From a virus, in IMG/VR virus record IMGVR_UViG_3300036818_000088, positions 12,182-76,181 of that record: 64,000 nucleotides of DNA; one strand, given 5' to 3'. How positions within the stretch are numbered: position 1 is the stretch's first letter; the number at the start of each line of letters is the position of its first letter. Below the pieces are notes generated by a model, which was not told the DNA's origin, did no database searches, and was given only the letters and a program-made list of their open reading frames with translations. Position numbers and translations under genes: made by a program. Shown piece by piece: positions 9,758 through 18,699 of the stretch.

Positions 9758-10602
9758 CGCGCCAAGACATTGTCGAAGCCGTCGAAGAGGCGCAAAGGCC
9801 GCTTGTCACTCGCGTAGACAGGCTGAGCAAGGAACGCCATTATCTGCTGGCGATCACCGCCCTCGCCTTCATCACCGCCATCGTGTCGGTTCTCTACGGC
9901 CTCAACCGCGAAGACGCACTGCAAAATCAGCTCGATGCCAACCAGAAGCAGGGAGCGCTCAGCCGAATCGTCGTCTGCGCTGCCGCCAAGAGCACCTCGC
10001 TGGCGCCACGCGACCAGCCGCTCGGTGGCGAGACCCGTGACCGCTACCTGAACCGCCTTGAGGCCCAGCGCGAGCAGCTCTTGGCTGTCGTCGACCTGCG
10101 CTGCCCGACCCTGCCCGGATTCTCATCCTTCCCTTTCCTGCGCGCACATGCCATCGCTGAAATCGAAACGATCCTGCAACGATTGGCGCCTGACAAGCTG
10201 CGGCGAGCGCTCGAAGCCGAAGCGGTACATAAAACGGCTTCCGTCTTGCCCACCGAATCTTCGTCGGCGACTATTCCTGCCATCGCCGACGGCGTGGAAG
10301 GATCGGGCAATTCGGCTATCCCCGCCAGCCCTCCGGGTAGTTCGCCCTCTCCCAAACACCCGTCCTCACCCCAGCCCCACGGCCCATCGCCTCCTCATGA
10401 AAGCGGCGGCGATGGTGGTGAGAAACATCCCAACCAGCCAATCACGTCGCCTGTGACGCCAGTGTCCGAACCAAACCCCGAACCCTCTACTGAACCGACT
10501 CCCTCAGAGCCCGAAGCTGCCGCCAAACCGGGCCTGCTCGATCCGACGCTCAACAAAGTCTGCGAACTGGCGTCAGCAGTCGGACTCTGCACACCGCGCT
10601 AG
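9754..10602 (+). CDS. Membrane-anchored protein with a Pro/Ser-rich extracytoplasmic tail
   Basis: N-terminal TM segment (YLLAITALAFITAIVSVLYGL), paired Cys residues and a P/S/E-rich tail. Confidence 0.7.
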   Translation: MTRQDIVEAVEEAQRPLVTRVDRLSKERHYLLAITALAFITAIVSVLYGLNREDALQNQLDANQKQGALSRIVVCAAAKSTSLAPRDQPLGGETRDRYLNRLEAQREQLLAVVDLRCPTLPGFSSFPFLRAHAIAEIETILQRLAPDKLRRALEAEAVHKTASVLPTESSSATIPAIADGVEGSGNSAIPASPPGSSPSPKHPSSPQPHGPSPPHESGGDGGEKHPNQPITSPVTPVSEPNPEPSTEPTPSEPEAAAKPGLLDPTLNKVCELASAVGLCTPR

Positions 10603-10677
10603 GCTTCCTCCCCGGATGTCCTGCCGGGGAACCCAAACGTGACCATGCCTGCCCGCGGCCTTGGCGAGGGTGCGGTG

Positions 10678-12447
10678 ATGACCACGGGCCTCAGTCTGCG
10701 GGAGCTGGTCAGCGAAGAGGCACGACGGCAATCGGGAGAGCGCGACATCCACCGCCGAGGGATGCGTGAGTACGCGCAGCTCGTCCCTGAGGGCAATATG
10801 GGGCCGCTGCGTCTCGACGACTTTCCCTACCAGGTCGAGCCGTTTTATTCCGATGAGATCGCCGATGCGCCAGAGGTTTGTCTAAGGAAGGGGAATCAGG
10901 TCGGGGCGAGCACCGCTCTCTGGCGTTGGGCCGTCCGCCGCTGCGACCAGTTCAACGAGACGACGATCTACTTCTTCCCGACCGCCACGCATGTCACCGA
11001 CTTTGGCGATGAGAGAATCGAGCCTTCAATCGAAGCAAGCGACTATCTTCTTCGGCGAATTCCGCAGGGGCACACCCGCCGCAAGGGCATGAAGCAGATC
11101 GGCGGCGGCATCCTGCATCTCCGCGGCCTGCAATCCAAGGTGGGAGCCCAAGCTGTCGCCGCCCAAGCGATCGTGATCGACGAGTACGATAGTTGTCCTG
11201 CGGACTCGATCGCCGACGCCGAGCGCCGCCTTACCGGTGCCGCCCAGACGGGTCACAAGCCACGCATCCGCCGGATCGGCCGTCCCTCGCTGCCGGGCTA
11301 CGGGATCGACGCAGTCTTCGGCGAAAGCGACCAGCGCCAGTGGCATGTGACCTGCCCGGAATGTGGCGAGGTGCAGCTGATCGAGTTCGCCGAGAACCTG
11401 CGCTGGCGAAGCGGTGCCGGCGGCGACCGGATTTTGCGCCCCGGCCGCGACGATTACGAGGTCCGCAAAGACATCGCCGAGGCATGGCGGGCCTGCCGCT
11501 CATGCGAGGCCAGCCTCGAGGGTGACCCGATCAAGCAGGGCGTCTGGAAGGCAACCGCGCATGGCCCCGGCCGCGGCCCCGGATTCCACATCTCGCGGAT
11601 GATCGTCCCCTACACCGATCTCGCGCAGATCGTCATCGCTTCCAGGGCGACCAAGATCAGTGAGGTCGAAGCCTTCCACAACGGCGACCTCGGCATTCCC
11701 TACGCCGCCGCCGACGCGATGCTCACCGACGCCGACCTTGACCGCGCGATGGCACATGGCTATGAGGAAGCACAGATGAGCTACCAGGGGAACATGCCGG
11801 TGACAATGGGAATAGATGTCGCCTCCGAGCGCGATCTCTCAGCACGCATTACCGAGCACTGGCCCGACGGCACCCGCAAGGCGCTGCGCGTCTTTGAACC
11901 GCATGACTTCGAGGAAGTGGCGAAGGCGATGGAAGCCTTCAACGTCACCATCGCCGCGGTCGACGCCCAGCCCGAGCGCCGCTCCGCCAAGGCCCTCATG
12001 CGCGACTTCCCCGGCCGCGTCGTGCTAGTCGAATTCGAGAGCAGCCCACGGGCACCGGCTTGGAAATACAAGCCCGAGGAGAACACCGTCCGCATCAATC
12101 GAACCGAGGCGCTCGACGCGATGATGGACGGTATCCGCGACGGCTCCAATGTGCTGCTGCGCGAGGAGCCGCCCAACTACCGTGAGCAGATGAAGGCCCT
12201 GAAGCGCCGGATCGAGGAAGACAGTAAAGGGCAGCCGAGAAAGGTCTATGTGACCACGGGTTCAGCGGGGGACGATTACGCTTTCGCTGAGACCTATGAC
12301 CTCGTCGCCAAGGAGATGCTGATGCAGATCCAGATGGCTTCCGAAATGGAGGGCGAACCCGTGCAGATGACGCCCGACCAGGCTCCCGTGCGGCTCGGAT
12401 ACGGTGTCTCCGATTACGATCCTGGCCTCTCGGGAGGAGAATACTGA
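10678..12447 (+). CDS. terL: Terminase large subunit, lambda GpA family
   Basis: Walker A-like KGNQVGAST, Walker B IVIDEYD, SDQRQWHVTCPECG...CRSC zinc ribbon, nuclease GIDV and DDYAFA. Confidence 0.93.
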   Translation: MTTGLSLRELVSEEARRQSGERDIHRRGMREYAQLVPEGNMGPLRLDDFPYQVEPFYSDEIADAPEVCLRKGNQVGASTALWRWAVRRCDQFNETTIYFFPTATHVTDFGDERIEPSIEASDYLLRRIPQGHTRRKGMKQIGGGILHLRGLQSKVGAQAVAAQAIVIDEYDSCPADSIADAERRLTGAAQTGHKPRIRRIGRPSLPGYGIDAVFGESDQRQWHVTCPECGEVQLIEFAENLRWRSGAGGDRILRPGRDDYEVRKDIAEAWRACRSCEASLEGDPIKQGVWKATAHGPGRGPGFHISRMIVPYTDLAQIVIASRATKISEVEAFHNGDLGIPYAAADAMLTDADLDRAMAHGYEEAQMSYQGNMPVTMGIDVASERDLSARITEHWPDGTRKALRVFEPHDFEEVAKAMEAFNVTIAAVDAQPERRSAKALMRDFPGRVVLVEFESSPRAPAWKYKPEENTVRINRTEALDAMMDGIRDGSNVLLREEPPNYREQMKALKRRIEEDSKGQPRKVYVTTGSAGDDYAFAETYDLVAKEMLMQIQMASEMEGEPVQMTPDQAPVRLGYGVSDYDPGLSGGEY

Positions 12448-12469
12448 GGTGTCGGTATCCAAAGCCGAA

Positions 12470-14598
12470 ATGGGAGAGAAGAATCCGATCGCATACGCGC
12501 AGGGAGCCAAGCGCGCTCGCGAGGCCCGCTCCAACGTCGCTGCCCAGCTCGCCGCCCTGATCGAGTCCGCCGACCTGACCGGCTCCCATCCCTTCGTCGC
12601 CAAACGAGTCATGGGCTACTCCCAAGCGGTGAAGGCCCACGATCCCCTGCTGATCCGAGCGGCCCTGATGGACTTGGCGGCGGCGGCAGGCGCAACCGCA
12701 GCGGCAATCGACCTCTGCTCTCCACAGACCCGTCAGGCGGCCTGAGCCGGTGCTAGGCTGCCCCTGCACCCGATCCTAAGGAGAACACCGATGCAGAGCA
12801 GCACGCCTGAGATACCAGAGGAGGCAGAGGAGACTGCCTTGGACAACGCGCACGTTGGCTGGCGGGTACATCCCGACTCCTCGGAGGCGAACCACATTCG
12901 CCGTGCCCTCCAGGCCGCTGCCCCGGTCCTCCGCCAGCAGGGGGCTGAGGAAGCGGAGCAGAAGCTTGAAAGCTGGTGGAAAGACACCACAAACTACTGG
13001 CATCAGCGCGCTGGGGAGCTTGAACAGCAGCTAGGCGTCGAACGCGAGGCGGCCATTGCGGAGTTCCTGCAACGGGCGCGATGGGCACAGGAAGACTCCG
13101 AGAAGCACAGGGCGCGGGGTGATAATGAAGCGGCCCAGCTAGCCCGTGAGCGAGAGCGAACCTACGCCCTCGCCATAACCTATCTGCGGGAGTTCCCTGA
13201 CAATCCCTCTGCCCTTCGCGCCGCCCTCGATAATCAGGAGGCTCACTGATGCCATCCGACGACCTGATCCTCCCCCCCGGCTCCGATAGGCCCCCTACCG
13301 AGGGCGCAGCGCTGCTGGGCAACGAGGCCAAGCACCTCGCCGCCCAGCGCGCAGGGCTCTACTGCACCTCCTGCGGGCAGTCGATGGACGAGCCGGGCTG
13401 GGAGTACTTCTCTGTGCGCTCCGATGTCCGCGAAGGCGTCCCCGTCATCGTCAGCGGCATCGCCTACATCTGCAACCGCGACTGCTGCACCGAAGCCCGC
13501 TCGGCACTTGAGAAGACAGCCGCAGGCCGTCGCCCTTGGCAGCCGTGGCACATCTTCTACGTCGAGGTGCCCGATGCCCTGCCGCCAGTTGAGCCTGGCG
13601 AGGAGGCCGAAGCGGAGACCTCCGATGCCTAACCCGACAGAGCCGACGCGGTATCGACTCGCCTCAGTTAAGGGCTATGTCGGGAGGCTTGTTGAGGACC
13701 GAACTGGGGGCATAGTTCTCTGGCGCGACCACGAGAAAGCCGTACAGCGCATAGCCGAGAACGAGAGGGAGCGGCTGGCGAGGAAAGAGCGACCCGGCCT
13801 TCCACCAATCCTGATGTCACTTCATGATGCCGCGCCCGAGTTGGCGGCGATCATCGCGGCGGCACTGACTGTTGCCGAGGAGGAGGTTCTGAAGGAAGTT
13901 GCCGACTGCCTCCGCCCGTTCGTGGAGGCCAAGCCGCTGCCCGGCTCGAAGGACGACCGCTATCAGGTCACGGTAGATGGCGCGGCGCTTTGCGAGGCCA
14001 AGGAGCTGCTTTCCCACCCGTTCCTCGCCGCCCCACCCGACAACCAAGAGACTCCCTAATGGCTGAGGGAGCCAGGCACGAGCTCGCCGACCACATCGCC
14101 ACGATCCTCAAGCGCGCCTATCCGAACGAAGTCGCCAAGGACGAACTCGAAGACCAGGCCGGCGTCAGCTCGAAAGACCTCCGCGCCGCCCTCGATTCGC
14201 TCAGCGAGGAAGGCGAACTAGACCCTCTCGCCGAGCACTTCCGCTGGCGCGACCCGAGCGGCCAAGACAAGCCGCCGCCCGACCAGCCCGATGAAGAGGA
14301 CAGGCAGAGCGCCACGGCGCCAGCCAACACGACCGCTGGCGGAGCGACAGGCAAACTCGACCTGAAGGTGGCGATCGGTTTCGCCATCGACAATCCCGAG
14401 GACGACGAAGGCGTCAAGCAGCAGGCCCAGCAGATCATCGAACAGATCAAGAGCGCCCTTGAGGATATGCCCGGCATGGGAGTCGCGGTCAGCGCCAAGC
14501 GCCTTGAGGTCTTTGATCGCCCTCGCGTGCTGTTCGACGCCGCTGAGGAGGCGAGCGTTGAGGAGGCAGAGCCAGAAGCGCCCGAGGAAGAGCAGTAG
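12470..14598 (+). other. Hypothetical genes (12470-12745, 12791-13249, 13249-13632 Cys-rich, 13625-14059, 14059-14598 winged-helix-like)
   Basis: Coupled ORFs. 12791-13249 shares modules with 857-1216. Confidence 0.7.
12751..12783 (+). promoter_or_regulatory. Promoter cassette copy B (no palindrome)
   Basis: TGCTAGGCT extended -10, CACCCGATC box, AAGGAG RBS. Confidence 0.6.
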
Positions 14599-14623
14599 AA
14601 GCCCCGCGAGAAGGGAGAATGGA

Positions 14624-14980
14624 ATGCAGGCAGGAACTGCGACAGCGCCGCGCCGCCAGCAGACGATGGATGCGCTGGCTATGGCGAACCGTCGTCGGCA
14701 AGACCACAAGAATCTGAAATGGGAGATCGCATCCGGTGCCGTGACAGCCAAGGCGGCGTTCGCCGACCCCCGCGCCATCGGTGCCTTCACGGTCGGGAAT
14801 TTGCTCATTGCGCAACGCGGCTGGGGTGAGCGGAAAGCGATCAGGTTCCTAATGGCCATCGGCGCAACCTCGGCGGTCCTCGTTAAGCCCGTCGACAAGC
14901 TGACGGAGCGCCAGCGCGACATCTTGCTGCGGGCGCTTGACCGCCCCTTCGCCGTGCCAGTCGATGGCGACGTATGGTGA
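14624..14980 (+). CDS. Actinobacterial integration host factor (mIHF/sIHF)-like nucleoid protein
   Basis: DALAMANRRR..LKWEIASG, VGNLLIAQRGWGERKA (H2TH-like), KLTERQR. Confidence 0.7.
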   Translation: MQAGTATAPRRQQTMDALAMANRRRQDHKNLKWEIASGAVTAKAAFADPRAIGAFTVGNLLIAQRGWGERKAIRFLMAIGATSAVLVKPVDKLTERQRDILLRALDRPFAVPVDGDVW

Positions 14981-15023
14981 AGTAGCTTCAGCTATGTGCT
15001 AATGTCCACGGCACACCCGATCA
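14976..15023 (+). promoter_or_regulatory. Promoter/operator cassette copy C
   Basis: GGTGAAGTAGCTTCAGC (reverse complement matches copy A at 15/17), TGCTAATGT, GCACACCCGATCA. Confidence 0.75.
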
Positions 15024-15042
15024 AACGACTCCTCATGGGATC

Positions 15043-16734
15043 GTGAACATGCCTTCACCGACCAACCGCCAGATCATCATCGCCCCTCTCTCCGCCGATA
15101 CGGAAGAGTCGATCCGCCAAGGCTGCATCGCTCAGGGCTGCACCTGCGGCGAGCGCCTCGTCATCAGCATTCGCCAGCTCGCCGACGACGAGCGGCCACC
15201 CGGCACTGAGGACTACGGCAAGGCCACCAAGGTCGATGTCGAGCATTCGCTGGAGTGTCCCCTGCTGCTCGCAACAGGGAGGAACTAGATGCCGGCGAAA
15301 GCAAAGCTCTCTGCGAAGGCGAAACGAGCCGTAGTCAAACTGCAGGCGGTTGAGGATAAGTTGCTCACCGCGCAAGCCACGATCCCCGGAATGATCCGCG
15401 AGGTGCAGGAGGTCAAGGCGATGTTCGCTGGCACTGACGAGAAGGAGGCGAGCAATGTCGATCCTGCTGAGTGAGGCCGCTGAGCGCGTCACGAAAGAGA
15501 TTAGCCGAGCCCGCTCCAAGGGAGAGGGGTTCCGAGCCGTCTGCGAGCGCCTCGGCGTCTCTGCCACGGAACTGAACGTCTTGGTCGCAGAGGAAGTCGA
15601 GCGCCTCCCCGCCGGCAGCACTCTTGACGGGGCCATGCTGCACGGGATGCTCATCGGAGTCGCGGCTCGCTCAGAGGATGCGCTGTGATTCGGCGCTGGC
15701 TCCGGCGATTCTTCAGCCCGGCCCCGCTGCCCGGTCCTGCACCCGCCCGCGAGATCGCCCTGCGCGCCAAGCGCCAAGAACAACGAGAAAGAAGGAGGCC
15801 CTAAGCGTGGTAATTCTTAAACTCGACATACACCCTTTGGACGACGACCCCACCTGCTTCATAGTCGAGTTGGAGGCCTTGTCAGACAACAGCTCGACGG
15901 TGCGGACCTACAAAGGAGAGATGAACGGCATCGTTATGACTGATCGCCTAGCCAGCTCCGAGCACCTCGAACTTGCTGACGATATGGAGAAGGTATGGGA
16001 GAAGCATCGCACCACGCGGCGGGCACGACTAATGGAGATTTTCGACCGCCGCGACGGACTAATCACATGACCGGGAAGGAAGCCCTAATGCCTCGCAAGA
16101 CCAGCGAAATCAACGATTGCCAATTTCCGTTCGCCGAGGACACCACGCCGTTCATCTTCGTCCTCAATACCCCTCCAGAGACCCCTTTTGCGCTCATCGC
16201 AATCAAGGACAAGTACCTCCGCCGGGGCTACGTGTCGGCTTGGACTGCGGCTGGGAAGTACGACCTCGTGATCCTCGCTACCGACCTGCGCGACGCTGGC
16301 GCAGACTGCTCCCTGCTCGCCGTATGGACCGGTGCCAATGCCTCACACGTCTTCGAGATCGACGACCTCGATGAGGCAAGGGACGCGCTGGGCTGATGTC
16401 TATGGATATCCCCCAGCCCGTTGAGCCGATGACTGCGAGAGAGGCTCTTCTGGCCATCCAGCTCGTCAACGACGCAGATGACCGACAGGTGTCGGGCTAT
16501 CCCACTCATCTCGAAACGATGCGAGCCATCTTCCGTCTCACCGAGGTAGGACTTGATCGGATTGCGCCGCCGAACTTCGAGCTGACCGACCAGCTCGCCG
16601 ACCGGCTGGCTGAAGCGCATGGGCTACTGGCCCGCGTTGCCAACGGTGAGTACGTCGAGCACCGCGAGATTCACGAAGTTCGGACACTTCCGCCGGACCT
16701 CGAAGCGATGGTCGAGAGGAGGATCGGCAAATGA
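15043..16734 (+). other. Small hypothetical genes (15043-15288, 15289-15474, 15455-15688, ~15808-16070, ~16088-16396, 16396-16734)
   Basis: Coupled ORFs with RBSs. Confidence 0.65.
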
Positions 16735-17090
16735 ACTTCCGGGAGGAGATGGTCGCAGCGATCCGGCGTGGGGACAAGACCCAGACGCGCCGGGTCGCCA
16801 ACGACAACCCGAACTCCCCGTGGTACCGAGGCGGCTGCGCCTACAAAATGGGTCGCGTCTATGCGATCTGTCCTGGGCGAGCTAAGAGCGGTATCGGCTT
16901 CATGGAACTGAAGAAGGAACCAACCCTCGAGAAGCTCGGCGCGATCGACGAAGCCGGGGTGCGGCGTGAGGGCTTCGCCAGCACCAAAGACTTCATCGCC
17001 TACTGGACCAACCTGCATGGGGAGTGGGACCCTTCGATCAGGGTTTGGAAGATCGTCTTCGCGCCGCTGACCTGGAAGGCAGATAGCTGA
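16731..17090 (+). CDS. ASCH/PUA-domain protein
   Basis: MNF..MVAAIRRGDKTQTRR...REGFAS..DFIAYW...VWKIVF. Confidence 0.85.
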   Translation: MNFREEMVAAIRRGDKTQTRRVANDNPNSPWYRGGCAYKMGRVYAICPGRAKSGIGFMELKKEPTLEKLGAIDEAGVRREGFASTKDFIAYWTNLHGEWDPSIRVWKIVFAPLTWKADS

Positions 17091-17892
17091 TGGGCGAGAT
17101 CAAGCACCACGCAATCATCGTGACAGCGACCTATGGCGAGCCTACATTGGGATCACGCACCAGTGGCGAGGAACGCCACTGGGCCGAGATCGCTTACCGC
17201 CAAGCCATCGACATTTTCGGTTCGGCTCAAGTCACGACGCCGACACCCTCTCTCCTAAATGCCACCCGCAGCTTCCTTGTCGCCCCCGATGGAAGTAAGG
17301 AGGGCTGGGAGGACAGCGATGAAGGCGATCAGCGGCGAGAGGAGTTCGTCGAGTGGCTGCGAGGCCAAGCCTATGATGATGGGAGCAGCCCTCTGGCGTG
17401 GATTGAGCTGTACTTCGCCGCCGAGCAGCAGTTCATGGGCGACTTCCCCGGAGCCGAGATCGTCCGTGGCTCCCATGAAAGGGACCGGGCATGAACGCTC
17501 CCCTCAAATGCGCCGTCTGCCACTTCGAGCTAACCACCGCCGACGCTGAGGATGCCGTGAGGACTGACGTTGGCCCCTGTCACCGAGAGTGCTTTCATGG
17601 GCCAGTTCCCCCCCAAGACAACCCCGACGATGTGCTCGGCGATGCTGGTCTCTTTGAAGAGAATGGCGCCCCCGAGATCAGCACCTGGACCGACGAGAAG
17701 ATCGAGGCGGAGGAAGACGCTCGCCGCGAGCACAACGATGTGCCGCTACCCGACCGCGGCGACGGCTTCCACAATGCGATGGCCTCGGCGCTGACGGATG
17801 ACGGCGAGGCGACCGACTGCTTTGAATGTCATGCCGAGCCAGCGATCAATGGCGGCCTTGGCTTCCTCTGCCGGGGGAGGTCGATGCTCTGA
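17090..17892 (+). other. Two hypothetical genes (17090-17494, 17491-17892)
   Basis: Coupled ORFs; the first has HHAIIVT and PDGSKEGWEDSD, the second is Cys-rich. Confidence 0.65.
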
Positions 17893-18410
17893 TGACGACT
17901 GAACCCCTAGCCGGTATGGAGAAGGGCAGCGTCGTCTTCAGCGAGAATCGCCGGTACCGCTATGCGCTGCTGCGGTGGTGGGATAAAAGGCTGCCCCACG
18001 TCTTGTGGGTGATGCTGAACCCCTCGACCGCAGACGCCAACACCGACGACCCCACGATGCACCGCGTCATCGGCTTCTCAATGGATCGGCTTTACGGCAG
18101 CCTCACCGTCGTCAACGCCTTCGCCTTGATCTCTACCGACCCACTCGGGCTGGTCGCCGTCGATGATCCGGTTGGCCCCGAGAACGATTCCATGCTGGCG
18201 CAAGAGGTCTCGCAGGCCGACACGATCATCTGTGCATGGGGTAGCCAGCGTGTCGGGCTGCACTCCCGTATCCGCGAGGTCCGGGCGCTGATCGCTGAGC
18301 ATCGTCGCGCCGAGGCCCGAATCCTTTGCCTCGGCACGAACGCCGATCACTCCCCGCGCCATCCCGTCCGTCTGCCAACCTCAACGACACTAGTTCCCTT
18401 CGAGGTCTAA
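17892..18410 (+). CDS. DUF1643-family protein
   Basis: FSENRRYRYALLRWWD, VMLNPSTADANTDDPT, VNAFA, CAWG, PRHP. Confidence 0.88.
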   Translation: MTTEPLAGMEKGSVVFSENRRYRYALLRWWDKRLPHVLWVMLNPSTADANTDDPTMHRVIGFSMDRLYGSLTVVNAFALISTDPLGLVAVDDPVGPENDSMLAQEVSQADTIICAWGSQRVGLHSRIREVRALIAEHRRAEARILCLGTNADHSPRHPVRLPTSTTLVPFEV

Positions 18411-18412
18411 GC

Positions 18413-18699
18413 ATGGCGATCAAGCCACCTACGACTCCCGCTGCCCCGAGTGCGATGAGATGATCTACGAAGGCGAATCAGAGGGCGTCTGCGCCTCCTG
18501 CGGCAAGCCGCTCGGCATCCGAGCTAACTGGCGGATGACTCAATCAGGACGCGCCTACCACTACGGCTGCGAGCCAACCGAAGTCGCTGACAAGCAGGGC
18601 GAGAGCCTGACCGAGCATGCCGAACGGGCAGCGCGCAGCGTCACTCACGGCCGCGGTCAGCAGGTGCTCGATCAGGAGGTGCAGGACGATGATCGCTAG
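18413..18699 (+). pseudogene. Zn-finger gene with a 1-nt frameshift near its start
   Basis: ATG 18413 (MAI) is out of frame by one base with ATYDSRCPECDEMIYEG...; the intact frame has no ATG before the first CxxC. Confidence 0.55.

Noticed and set aside
10604-10631. Hairpin upstream of terL as a terminator or cos/pac site
   Set aside because: It is a 7-bp GC stem with no U-tract, and nothing in the sequence supports a packaging site.
15043-15058. GTGAA-N6-TTCAC as a further operator copy
   Set aside because: The spacer is 6 rather than 5 nt and it overlaps a start codon; it may be chance.
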